A stretch of 64,000 nt of DNA from contig JAYKHR010000048.1 in the NCBI GenBank assembly GCA_035285125.1, forward strand, positions 1-64,000. The letters are read 5' to 3'. This document shows, one piece after another, positions 55,675 through 64,000 of this stretch (its first letter is position 1; each line of letters starts with the position of its first letter). The position numbers and the translations under genes were made by a program. The DNA is from Candidatus Sericytochromatia bacterium (lineage in GTDB: Bacteria; Cyanobacteriota; Sericytochromatia; S15B-MN24; JAQBPE01). The notes under the pieces were generated by a model, which worked only from the letters and a program-made list of their open reading frames with translations, ran no database searches and was not told the DNA's origin.

Positions 55675-56997
55675 TCAGCGGCCGGCCGTGACGGCCTTGT
55701 AGGCGTTGATCCGGCCGAAGCCGAACTTCTCGTTCCACTCGGCGCCATTCATGTCGGCCGTCTTGTCGGCGGTCTTCTCGAGGAGCGCCTTGACCTGGGC
55801 AGGCGCCATGTCGGGGTGCACCGACCGGATCAGGCCACACAGACCGGCCACCAGCGGCGTCGCCATAGAGGTGCCCGTCATGAAGGAGTACTCCTTCGTG
55901 ATGCGGCCGCCCGAATTCTTCGTGAGCCACACGTCGTACATCGGGGTCGTCGCCCAGATCTTCACGCCCGGGGCGCTCACGGAGCAGTACTTGTTGAACG
56001 AGGAGAACATGCCGATCTTGTCCGCGGAGTCGGTCGCCCCGACCGCGATGACGCCCGGGTAGGCCGCGGGGTAGGACACCGGGTTGCCCTGGTGGCCGCT
56101 GTTGCCCATCGCCGCCACGACGACGGAGTTCTTCTTGATGGCGTGCTCCACGGCGTCGCCGAGCGACTGCATGGTGCCCGCGCCACCGAGGCTGAGGCTG
56201 ATGACGTCAGCGCCGTGGTCAGCCGCCCAGGTGATGCCCTTGGCGACAGAAAGCAGCGAGCCGGAGCCGGCGCCTGCCAGCACGCGGACGGGCATCACCT
56301 TGCAGTTCGCGGCCATGCCGACGATGCCGACGCCGTTGTTGGTGATGGCGGCGGCGATACCCGCGCAGTGCGTGCCGTGGCCGTTGTCGTCGGCCGGGCT
56401 GCCGAGGCCGAACAGGCCGCCGACGCCCGTGGCGTTGTAGCCCTTGACGAGCTTGCCCTTGAGGTCGGGGTGCGTCAGGTCGACGCCCGTGTCGACGATG
56501 GCGACGACGACCTCACCGGAGCCGCCCCGGGTGGCCGCCAGGGCCTCGGCCTGCTGGGTCTTGCCGATGGCCCACTGCTCGCTGGCCATCGGGTCGTTGA
56601 AGTTCTCCTTGGGGGCCTCGGCCTTCGACGAGAAGCCCGAGGTCAGCGTCTCGACGTTGTCCGACAGCGTGATGGTGACGTCGGCTTCGATGTATTCGAC
56701 GCCGGGGCCAAACTCCTTCTTGAGGTCCGACACGGAGCGACCGGCAGGCGCCTCGACGCCGTAGACGTTCAGGCTGTCGATCGCTTTTTCTGCCTTCACC
56801 CCGCTGCCCTGGCGCATCCGGAGCGCCTGGCCGGGCCGCATCTTCACAATGAAACGACCAGGGATGGGCTTGCCCGCCACGAGCATCGCGTTGTTCGCCC
56901 GCACCCCGGCGGTGTTCGGCGTCAAGGAGGAGGCGCAACCAGCGGTGGCGGAAACCAGGACACTGGCAGCCAGCGCCAGGGACAGCTTGCGGTTCAT
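55675..56997 (-). CDS. Thermitase-like S8 serine protease lipoprotein with propeptide
   Basis: Lipobox TAGC; VDTG / GHGTHCAG / GTSMATP. Confidence 0.93.
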   Translation of the reverse strand: MNRKLSLALAASVLVSATAGCASSLTPNTAGVRANNAMLVAGKPIPGRFIVKMRPGQALRMRQGSGVKAEKAIDSLNVYGVEAPAGRSVSDLKKEFGPGVEYIEADVTITLSDNVETLTSGFSSKAEAPKENFNDPMASEQWAIGKTQQAEALAATRGGSGEVVVAIVDTGVDLTHPDLKGKLVKGYNATGVGGLFGLGSPADDNGHGTHCAGIAAAITNNGVGIVGMAANCKVMPVRVLAGAGSGSLLSVAKGITWAADHGADVISLSLGGAGTMQSLGDAVEHAIKKNSVVVAAMGNSGHQGNPVSYPAAYPGVIAVGATDSADKIGMFSSFNKYCSVSAPGVKIWATTPMYDVWLTKNSGGRITKEYSFMTGTSMATPLVAGLCGLIRSVHPDMAPAQVKALLEKTADKTADMNGAEWNEKFGFGRINAYKAVTAGR

Positions 56998-57357
56998 CAG
57001 GGAGTGACTCCTTTTAGGCGCCGGCGGCGCTGGGATGGCGACAACGGGGTTTTAACAACCAATTACTTGGTCCTTATAGCTCACTTAACCTATTTCTTGC
57101 TAACTCGGCGAAAATTTCACCCGCGACACGGCGGCAAGGGTTCCCGCCGGCACGGCCTGCAGGCGTCTGCTACCATGGAGCGAAAGCGCCTGATTCCGTG
57201 AAAGATCTCACCCGCCAGGCAAGCGGGGAGGGAGGCGGCGATGCCCTCATCCACCGAGGCAGGGGCTTCAGGTCCCTTCGTCCTTCTGGGAGGGTCTCCG
57301 CCAGCGGAGATGAGGCGTAACGCAAGGTCAGGGTGAGCAGTGCCTGGAGGGGCGAGG

Positions 57358-59259
57358 ATGCAGCGGATCTGGGACGTGATCGTGGTGGGAGCGGGCCACG
57401 CCGGCGTCGAGGCGGCCCTGGCTGCGGCCCGCCTGGGTGCGGACACCCTGCTCGTCACGCTCGATCTGGCCGGGATCGCCACCATGCCCTGCAACCCCGC
57501 GATCGGAGGGCCGGCCAAGGGACACCTCGTGCGCGAGCTCGACGCGCTCGGCGGGGAGATGGGACGCGCGGCCGACGCGACCTCCCTGCAGGTTCGGATG
57601 CTCAACGAGTCCAAGGGCCCGGCGGTCCAGGCCCTGCGCGCCCAGTCCGACAAGGTCCGTTACAGCGAGTTCATGGCGACGGCTTGCCGGACCCAACGGG
57701 GCCTCACCCTGGCCGAGGGGCTGGTGGAGGGGCTGCGGACGCTGCCAGGAGGGGCGCTGGAGCTCGAGACGGCCTCGGGCGAGCACCTACAGGCCAGGGC
57801 CGTCGTGATCACCACGGGCACCTTTCTGCGTGGCGTCTGCCACACGGGCGACCGCCGGGTCGTCGCAGGGCGATTCGGGGAGCCGGCCGCCGAACGCTTC
57901 TCGGACAGCCTGCGGGCCCTGGGCTTTGAGCTCCACAGGCTGAAGACCGGCACCCCACCGCGCATCGCGGCGGACTCCATCGACTACGCCCAGCTGCAAG
58001 AGGAGCGCGGGGACGAGGCCCCTCCCCCGTTCTGCCTCGACCCTGCCGTCGCGCACCAGCCGCCGCCGCTGCCCCGCCTTTCGTGCTGGCAAACCCGCAC
58101 CACACCCGAGACGCACGCCGTCATCCTGGCGAACCTCCACCGCTCGCCCATCTACAGCGGGGACATCCAGGGCATCGGGCCCCGCTACTGCCCCTCGATC
58201 GAGGACAAGGTCGTGCGGTTTCGCGACAAGGAGTCACACCCCGCCTTCGTGGAGCCCGAGACGCTGGCGCAGGACGTGATGTACCTGCAGGGCTGCTCGA
58301 CGAGCCTGCCGGAGGACGTCCAGGAGGCCTTCGTGCGGACGATGCCCGGCCTGGCAAACGCCCGCATCGTGCGCTACGGCTATGCCGTCGAGTACGACTG
58401 TCTGCCCGCCACGCAGCTGCAACCCACGCTGATGGCGACGGCCGTGGCCGGCCTGTTCACAGCTGGGCAGCTGAACGGCACCTCCGGCTACGAGGAGGCC
58501 GCGGCCCAGGGGCTCGTCGCGGGCATCAACGCGGCCCACTGGGCGCTGGGCCGGGCGCCGGTGGTGCTGCCGCGCGCGGGGTCGTACATCGGCACCCTGA
58601 TCGACGATCTGGTGACCAAGGACATCCGGGACCCCTACCGCATGCTCACCTCGCGCTCGGAGCACCGCCTCGTCCTGCGGCAGGACAACGCGGACCAGCG
58701 CCTGACGCCGCTCGGCCGCGAGCTCGGCCTCATCGGAGACGGCCGGTGGGCGCGCTTCACCGCCAAGCGGCAGGCGATCGCCGATGGCCTCGCCTGGCTC
58801 CGTGCCACGCGCCTGCGTCCGGAAAGCCCGGCAGCGGGCCGCCTGAAGGCCCTGACGGGGGAGGGCGTCGAGCGCGTCCAGACCTGTGAAGAGCTGCTCC
58901 GGCGGCCGCCGGTGTCGATCGGGGCGCTGTGCGAGGCGCTGGCCGAGTCGGCGCCCACCTGGCCCGACGGCGTCGCCGCCCAGCTGGCCATCGAGGTCAA
59001 GTACGAGGGCTACATCCGCCGCCAGCAGGCCGCCATCGCCCGGGAGCGCCAGCTAGAGGACAAGCCGCTGGCCGCTGACCTCGACTACGCCGCTATCCGC
59101 GGCCTCTCTCGGGAGGCCCAGGACAAGCTCGCGCGCATCCGGCCGAGCACCGTCGGGCAGGCCAGCCGGGTGGGCGGGGTGACGCCTGCCGACGTCTCCC
59201 TCCTGCTCGTGCATCTCGCGTTGCGGGAGCGGGAGGAGGCGCCGGCCTTCAGGGCCTGA
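57358..59259 (+). CDS. mnmG: tRNA U34 carboxymethylaminomethyl modification enzyme MnmG (GidA)
   Basis: DVIVVGAGHAG, MPCNPAIGG, GPRYCPSIEDK and GQLNGTSGYEEAAAQG. Confidence 0.98.
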   Translation: MQRIWDVIVVGAGHAGVEAALAAARLGADTLLVTLDLAGIATMPCNPAIGGPAKGHLVRELDALGGEMGRAADATSLQVRMLNESKGPAVQALRAQSDKVRYSEFMATACRTQRGLTLAEGLVEGLRTLPGGALELETASGEHLQARAVVITTGTFLRGVCHTGDRRVVAGRFGEPAAERFSDSLRALGFELHRLKTGTPPRIAADSIDYAQLQEERGDEAPPPFCLDPAVAHQPPPLPRLSCWQTRTTPETHAVILANLHRSPIYSGDIQGIGPRYCPSIEDKVVRFRDKESHPAFVEPETLAQDVMYLQGCSTSLPEDVQEAFVRTMPGLANARIVRYGYAVEYDCLPATQLQPTLMATAVAGLFTAGQLNGTSGYEEAAAQGLVAGINAAHWALGRAPVVLPRAGSYIGTLIDDLVTKDIRDPYRMLTSRSEHRLVLRQDNADQRLTPLGRELGLIGDGRWARFTAKRQAIADGLAWLRATRLRPESPAAGRLKALTGEGVERVQTCEELLRRPPVSIGALCEALAESAPTWPDGVAAQLAIEVKYEGYIRRQQAAIARERQLEDKPLAADLDYAAIRGLSREAQDKLARIRPSTVGQASRVGGVTPADVSLLLVHLALREREEAPAFRA

Positions 59260-59659
59260 CCTCGAGGGCGGCGGTGGCAAGGCCATCGCCGAAGCCGACG
59301 GCCTGCACCTCCCAGCGACCCGGCGCCAGCTTGTCGAGCACCACCTGCCGTTCGAAAGGCACCAGCACTTGCATCACGGGCTCGTCCGTCGTCCGCCGCA
59401 GCCATGGCGAAAGCCGCACGCATCGCCCATCCCGAACCTGCTCGACGGCAACGAGTTCCCAGGACGGGTCCGGCAGCGAGCCCACCAGGGTGAAGCTGGC
59501 CGCGGTCCCCTGTCGCACGGAGGCCGGCCCCTTCACCTCGTCCACGTAAGCCAGGCGATGCGCCACCGGAGCCTCCTCCCGTCGCGCTTGGGCGTGCGCG
59601 CAGCCAACCAGCACCAGGCCCGTCAGGGCTCCGCTCAACACCGCGCCTAGCCGCATCAT
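59249..59659 (-). CDS. Small lipoprotein of unknown function
   Basis: Lipobox LVGC followed by a beta-rich domain. Confidence 0.7.
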   Translation of the reverse strand: MMRLGAVLSGALTGLVLVGCAHAQARREEAPVAHRLAYVDEVKGPASVRQGTAASFTLVGSLPDPSWELVAVEQVRDGRCVRLSPWLRRTTDEPVMQVLVPFERQVVLDKLAPGRWEVQAVGFGDGLATAALEVRP

Positions 59660-59677
59660 TGGACTCCCTTCACACGT

Positions 59678-59707
59678 GAAGGGGGGCGCTTGGCCGCGCC
59701 CCCCTTC
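59678..59707 (-). terminator. GC hairpin downstream of the LysM gene
   Basis: gaaggggggcgc-ttggcc-gcgccccccttc. Confidence 0.6.
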
Positions 59708-59721
59708 CGGCCACCAGCCGC

Positions 59722-62700
59722 CTAGGGCGAGCTGGCCTGCGCCTGCAGGGCGCTGAGCATCGCATCAGCCGTGCGGCCATCGACATACGGCGTGTACACG
59801 GGCTGCCCTGCGTCGTCCCGGAAGCCGGCGGCGATTCCGTTCTTCTGCTTGAAGTCGAGCACGGCGTCCAGCGTGGCCTGGTCGAACTGGCCGGTGATGG
59901 GGACCTTGTAGCCAAGGCCATCGAGGTACTGCTGCACCAGCTTCCGCGCGTCCGGGGTGCCGACCTCCGGACCGATGGACGACCCCTGCAGGCGAGCAGC
60001 CTCCCTGGCGACAGCCTCCATCGTGGCCTGCTGCCGCAGGGCAGGGTTCTGCAAGAGCCGCAGGGTGACGGTCATCGCCTCGCGGGTCCTCGCATCAACG
60101 TACTCGTTGACGTCGGCCACGGCCTTGCCGTCAGGCCCAGCCACCTGGTAGCCCTGCTTGATGCCCGCGAGCCGCTTGAAGTGCATCACGGCATCCGCCG
60201 TCGGGCTGACGGGCAGGCCACGCGCATCGAGCTGAGGCTTTCCGTCAGGGCCCGGCCGGTAGTAGTCGCCCGTCGCCTCGACGTCGTAACCGAGCCTCTG
60301 GAGCAGAGACTGCAGACCCTTGCGGTCTTCCACCGTGCCGGTGTCGGGACCGACGGCCGCGGTGGGGTAAGTGCTGATCTCGCTCCAGAAGTTCTGGAAG
60401 TTGGCCTCGCCGCTCGCCAGCCCAAACTGCTTGACGATCGCGTCGCGCTGCTCCCCCGTTGGCGCTGCGGGGGCCGCGGGCGCCGGGGCCGGGGCCACGG
60501 GCGCAGCGGAGGGGGGGGTGACGGGAGCCGGCGCCACGGGGGCAGCGGCAGGCGGCGTGCCAGGGGCCACCGGCACGGGGGCCGTTGGCGAGCCGCTCAC
60601 GGGAAGGTCGAGGCGCCAGCCCGGCAGGATGAAATCCGGGTTGGTGTTGAGACTCGGGTAGCGCTGGCCGTTCTGCTCGACGAGCTCACCCCAGCGCTGC
60701 TCGTCCCCAAGCCTGCGCCCCGCGATGTCCCAGAGGGTGTCGCCCGGCCGCACCACGTGGGGGGCCGGCGGTGCCGGAGGCCTCGGCCCCTCAGCCGGGG
60801 CCGTCGGCGCGGAGGGCTGCACCTCGCCAGCGGGCGCACTCGGGGCCGCGGGCGAGTTGCCGGGGGCCTGCGCGCCAGGCTGCACGCCGGGTTGGGGCGC
60901 CGCAGGAGCCGTTGCCGGGGCAGAGGGGCGGGCGGGCACATTCACCACAATGCCCTGGGCCTCGAGCTTCGGCCGCAGGGCCAACACCTCGGCCGGGGAC
61001 ATGCCGTCGATCTTGGCGCGCATCTGGGTCAGAACCTTGGTCGCCTCAGGGTCCGCGGTGGCAGCCAGCTCGGCGTCCAGGGCGGCCAGCAGGGCGGCCT
61101 TGTAGTCCGAGGCGTCAACCTCCGCAGGCGCCTGACCGGGGGCCGCCGCGGGCGCTTCGCCGGGCGCTGGCGCCGCCTGCGCCTGGTCAGTGGGAATGCG
61201 GATCTTGGTGCCGACAGCAATCACGCCCTCGTTGCCCAGGGAGTCGAAGAGATCCTTGTTAGCCTCGTAGATCTCGCCCCAGCGGCCCGCATCGCCCAGC
61301 TCGCGCCGGGCGATCTCCTCGAGGGTGTCGCCGTCGCGCAGCTCGTAGTAGCGGAAGCCCTGCGGGGGCGGCGCCTCCGGCCTGTCGCTGGCCTCCCGGG
61401 CCTTCAGCAACTCCCCCATCTTGCCGACGTTGCCACCCGTGCCCATCAGGCTCAGGGCGCCCAGGGCACGGCCGGGGTTCTTGAGGGCCCAGCCAGCAGC
61501 GCCCAGGGGCACCGCCACCGGGGCCGTGAGGATCTCCCAGGGCGAGGGCACCCGGATCGCCGAGATGGTCTTCCACGAGACGTCCGGCAGCGCAATCTTC
61601 GGCAGGAGCTCCAGGCCCCGGCGCAAGGTGGCAACCGTGCCCTCATAGGCCGCATCGAGGGCCGCGCCGACGGCCACCGGCACGTTGCCGATGATGCGGG
61701 CGTAATCGCCCACGGTCTTCGGCGCGTCGAGCACGTTCTTGACGGCCTTGCCGGCCTCACCGATCTTCTCGCCCGCCTTGCCGATGTTGTCGACGCCGGA
61801 CCCGATCTGCTGGCCGACGCGCTCGAAGCGGCCCACCTTGATGCCCTTGAGGGCGGACTCGACAAGCTTCGCCGTGCGCGGGTTCGCGGCCAGCGCCGCC
61901 TTCATGGCATCCAACTGAGCCTTGTAACCAGCCTTCAGCGCCTTGTCGGTGGTGGCGCTGGCGAGCCGCTCGAGCTGGTTGATGTGGGATGCGATGGCCT
62001 CGGCAGAGCGGACGTTGGCCATGCCGGCGATGAGGCTCGCGTTGGCCGCCTGAGGGGCCACGAGCTTGGTGGCGACGGGAAGCTGGGCAGCGGCCGTCTT
62101 GCTCACGCCGAACTTCGTGAGCTCGGCCGCGATGGCCTCCGGCTTCATGCCGGCCTTGAGCGCCTGGACGGTGTACCTGTAGGCCTGCGAGGAGCCCACA
62201 TTCTTGCCTCCGGCCGCCATGATCTTGGTGACGGCGTCGTCCCCGAGCCCAGAGGCCGCGATGTTGGTGGCGAGCTTGTCCGCGAGGCCGCGCTTGGCGA
62301 GCCGGGCCGCGTAGTCCTCGGCGTACTTCGCCCCGAGCGAGGCGAGCTTCTTGTTGTACGCTGCCCCCTTGAGCGTCGAGCCGGCCAGCTCGGCAGCAGC
62401 CTTCTTGGTGCCGAGCTGGCGGGCGAAATCGTCCGTAACCTGGCTGGCGGCCTGGCTCATCGTCGCCGTGGGTTTCGCAACCTTGCTGGCCTTGTCGCTC
62501 TTGGAGAGCGCCCCCGACGTCAGGGCGATGGTCAACACCTGGAAGCCCGCGCGCCCGACGAGCTCGCCGTAGCGGCCGTCCTTGTAGGCCGTGCTGTAAG
62601 GCTCGACGATCGCCTGCACCGCCTGCGCGGGATGCGTCGCCATGTAGACCAGGCCCTTGGCCGTGGTGATCGGGTTCGTGGTGACGAGCGTGTAGAGGCC

Positions 62701-62895
62701 CGCAACGGTTTCGGCCCCCTCCCGCACGAAGCCCTCGAAGAAGCCCATGACGTGATTGGGAGAGGCCTTGGCAGGCTCCGGAGCCGCCGCAGGCCTGGGG
62801 GACGCCGCATCCGCCGCGGGCTGGGCCTTGGGCGCAGCCGGGGTCGCGGCAGGGCGCACCGAGGGGCTGGTGGGCGGGTTCACGTCGGGAGCCAT
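59722..62895 (-). CDS. 1057-aa protein with two LysM and two PG_binding_1-like domains, no signal peptide
   Basis: YELRDGDTLEEIARR and HVVRPGDTLWDIA (LysM); LQSLLQRLGY...TADAVMHFK and VQQYLDGLGY...FDQATLDAVLDFK (PG-binding); AGGAGG Shine-Dalgarno. Confidence 0.85.
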   Translation of the reverse strand: MAPDVNPPTSPSVRPAATPAAPKAQPAADAASPRPAAAPEPAKASPNHVMGFFEGFVREGAETVAGLYTLVTTNPITTAKGLVYMATHPAQAVQAIVEPYSTAYKDGRYGELVGRAGFQVLTIALTSGALSKSDKASKVAKPTATMSQAASQVTDDFARQLGTKKAAAELAGSTLKGAAYNKKLASLGAKYAEDYAARLAKRGLADKLATNIAASGLGDDAVTKIMAAGGKNVGSSQAYRYTVQALKAGMKPEAIAAELTKFGVSKTAAAQLPVATKLVAPQAANASLIAGMANVRSAEAIASHINQLERLASATTDKALKAGYKAQLDAMKAALAANPRTAKLVESALKGIKVGRFERVGQQIGSGVDNIGKAGEKIGEAGKAVKNVLDAPKTVGDYARIIGNVPVAVGAALDAAYEGTVATLRRGLELLPKIALPDVSWKTISAIRVPSPWEILTAPVAVPLGAAGWALKNPGRALGALSLMGTGGNVGKMGELLKAREASDRPEAPPPQGFRYYELRDGDTLEEIARRELGDAGRWGEIYEANKDLFDSLGNEGVIAVGTKIRIPTDQAQAAPAPGEAPAAAPGQAPAEVDASDYKAALLAALDAELAATADPEATKVLTQMRAKIDGMSPAEVLALRPKLEAQGIVVNVPARPSAPATAPAAPQPGVQPGAQAPGNSPAAPSAPAGEVQPSAPTAPAEGPRPPAPPAPHVVRPGDTLWDIAGRRLGDEQRWGELVEQNGQRYPSLNTNPDFILPGWRLDLPVSGSPTAPVPVAPGTPPAAAPVAPAPVTPPSAAPVAPAPAPAAPAAPTGEQRDAIVKQFGLASGEANFQNFWSEISTYPTAAVGPDTGTVEDRKGLQSLLQRLGYDVEATGDYYRPGPDGKPQLDARGLPVSPTADAVMHFKRLAGIKQGYQVAGPDGKAVADVNEYVDARTREAMTVTLRLLQNPALRQQATMEAVAREAARLQGSSIGPEVGTPDARKLVQQYLDGLGYKVPITGQFDQATLDAVLDFKQKNGIAAGFRDDAGQPVYTPYVDGRTADAMLSALQAQASSP

Positions 62896-63290
62896 CGGAG
62901 ACCTCCTGTGACAACCGCTGCGCCGGCAGCGGGCTGTTTCGGTTCAGGGGCGGGGCGCAAGGGGCGGCACACACCGGTGCCAGGGGCGCTGGAGCGGTTA
63001 TAGGAGCGGGGCGGCCTCACCTTGCGCGCGGCCGGCCCCCGTCAACCACCATCGTACCCGGCCGGCGAACCGCGTTGACGCTTGATTTCTGGCGCTTCAC
63101 TCCCATTTAACACGCGCCAGGCCGAAGCGGGTGGCCCCTAAGGGCTGGTTAAATCTCGCAACAGTTGAAGGTGCCCGCGCCAGGCGGGTTCCACGTGCCG
63201 AGCCAGCCGCAGCGCCAGGCCCTCGGCGCGCCGCTGAAACAGAAACTTAAAGAAGATTTATTGGGCCTCGGCCGATCTGGCGGGCCGCGC

Positions 63291-63890
63291 TCACGTCCAG
63301 AGCCACACCAGCGTGGCGACCAACACGGCATACAGCGTCAGCGGCACACCCGCCACGACCAGTTCGGCGCCGACCAACGCCAGCGACGCCCGGCGAGAGG
63401 CAAGCCCCATGGTGGCCACCACCGCGGCGTGCAAGACCCGGGACATCCAGAGCAAAACCAGCAGCAAGCCGAGGCCGGCGGCGGCCAAGGCGCCCTGCCC
63501 CCAGCCCGCCAGCGCAACGATGGGCCCGATGAAGACGAGCGGCAGGAACGAGAGTGCCACCCCCGCCAGCAAGCCGTGAATGCCGCCTCGGCCCCCCATC
63601 ACGGAGGCGACGGCGTACAGGCCCACCCCCAGCGTCAGCCACGAGAGCAGCAGCCAGCCCACGCAGACGGCCAAGCCGAGCGCCAGGGAGGCCAGTGAGC
63701 CCTTGGCGCCCACCAGCGCGAGCATGGCCGCCACCAGCAGCAGGGCGGCCAACCCGGTGCCGAGCGGCAGGTCCTCGCCCCAGGCCTCGAAGGCCGCCAA
63801 GGGCTCGAACAGAGCCCCGTAGAGCAAGGCCAGACCGCGGGGACCGGTGGGCGCCTCGAGGGCTTCACCAGGGTGGTCGGTCGCCATCAC
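63291..63890 (-). CDS. Yip1-like multi-pass membrane protein
   Basis: LYGALFEPLAAF start and about five TM helices. Confidence 0.65.
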   Translation of the reverse strand: MMATDHPGEALEAPTGPRGLALLYGALFEPLAAFEAWGEDLPLGTGLAALLLVAAMLALVGAKGSLASLALGLAVCVGWLLLSWLTLGVGLYAVASVMGGRGGIHGLLAGVALSFLPLVFIGPIVALAGWGQGALAAAGLGLLLVLLWMSRVLHAAVVATMGLASRRASLALVGAELVVAGVPLTLYAVLVATLVWLWT

Positions 63891-63891
63891 G

Positions 63892-63999
63892 TCACTCCAG
63901 CAGCATCAAGGGCACGCGGTCGTAAGCTGCGGACAGCATCGCGGCGCGGGAACCCGCGAGCGACGCCAGCGGATCCGCGCGGCGCGAGATCAGGTGCAA
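63892..63999 (-). CDS. C-terminal end of a gene starting beyond the window
   Basis: Open frame LHLISRRADPLASLAGSRAAMLSAAYDRVPLMLLE*, ending 1 nt before the next start. Confidence 0.55.
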   Translation of the reverse strand: MHLISRRADPLASLAGSRAAMLSAAYDRVPLMLLE

Positions 64000-64000
64000 C

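Noticed and set aside
60430..61190. Pro/Ala-rich quasi-repeats (PAAAP, PVAP) in the LysM gene
   Set aside because: Low-complexity protein linkers, not a DNA repeat array or CRISPR.

Overview
A GC-rich (roughly 70% by eye) chromosomal window from a diderm, flagellum-encoding bacterium. RpoB and RpoC are cyanobacteria-like, but RpoC is unsplit, which suggests a non-photosynthetic relative of Cyanobacteria such as Sericytochromatia (inference). In order, the window holds: (1) rpoB-rpoC-[metallophosphoesterase]-rpsL-rpsG-fusA-tuf on the minus strand; (2) an orphan adenine methyltransferase and ffh-rpsP-khpA; (3) an ECF sigma / double-zinc-finger anti-sigma operon, ybaB-recR and a tandem pair of paralogous unknown genes; (4) kamA-like, iscS, ygfZ and a MerR-like gene; (5) a 14-kb flagellar cluster; (6) a minus-strand run of surface/hydrolase genes; (7) an NrdD homologue; (8) fliJ-fliK, a likely outer-membrane protein, a HAD phosphatase, a GHL10 hydrolase, an S8 protease, mnmG, a large LysM/peptidoglycan-binding protein and a Yip1-like protein. 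The strongest oddities are: a remodelled basal-body locus (FliF fused to a FliG-middle-like domain, a membrane-anchored FliG-middle-only protein at the fliG position, a divergent FliA and flagellin, a vestigial FlhB-C-like protein); an intact but apparently catalytically dead class III ribonucleotide reductase; and a recurrent TTAW-N7-TTAA(C) motif in several intergenic regions. I recognised no rRNA, tRNA, CRISPR array or mobile element. All family calls come from motif recognition, not database searches.
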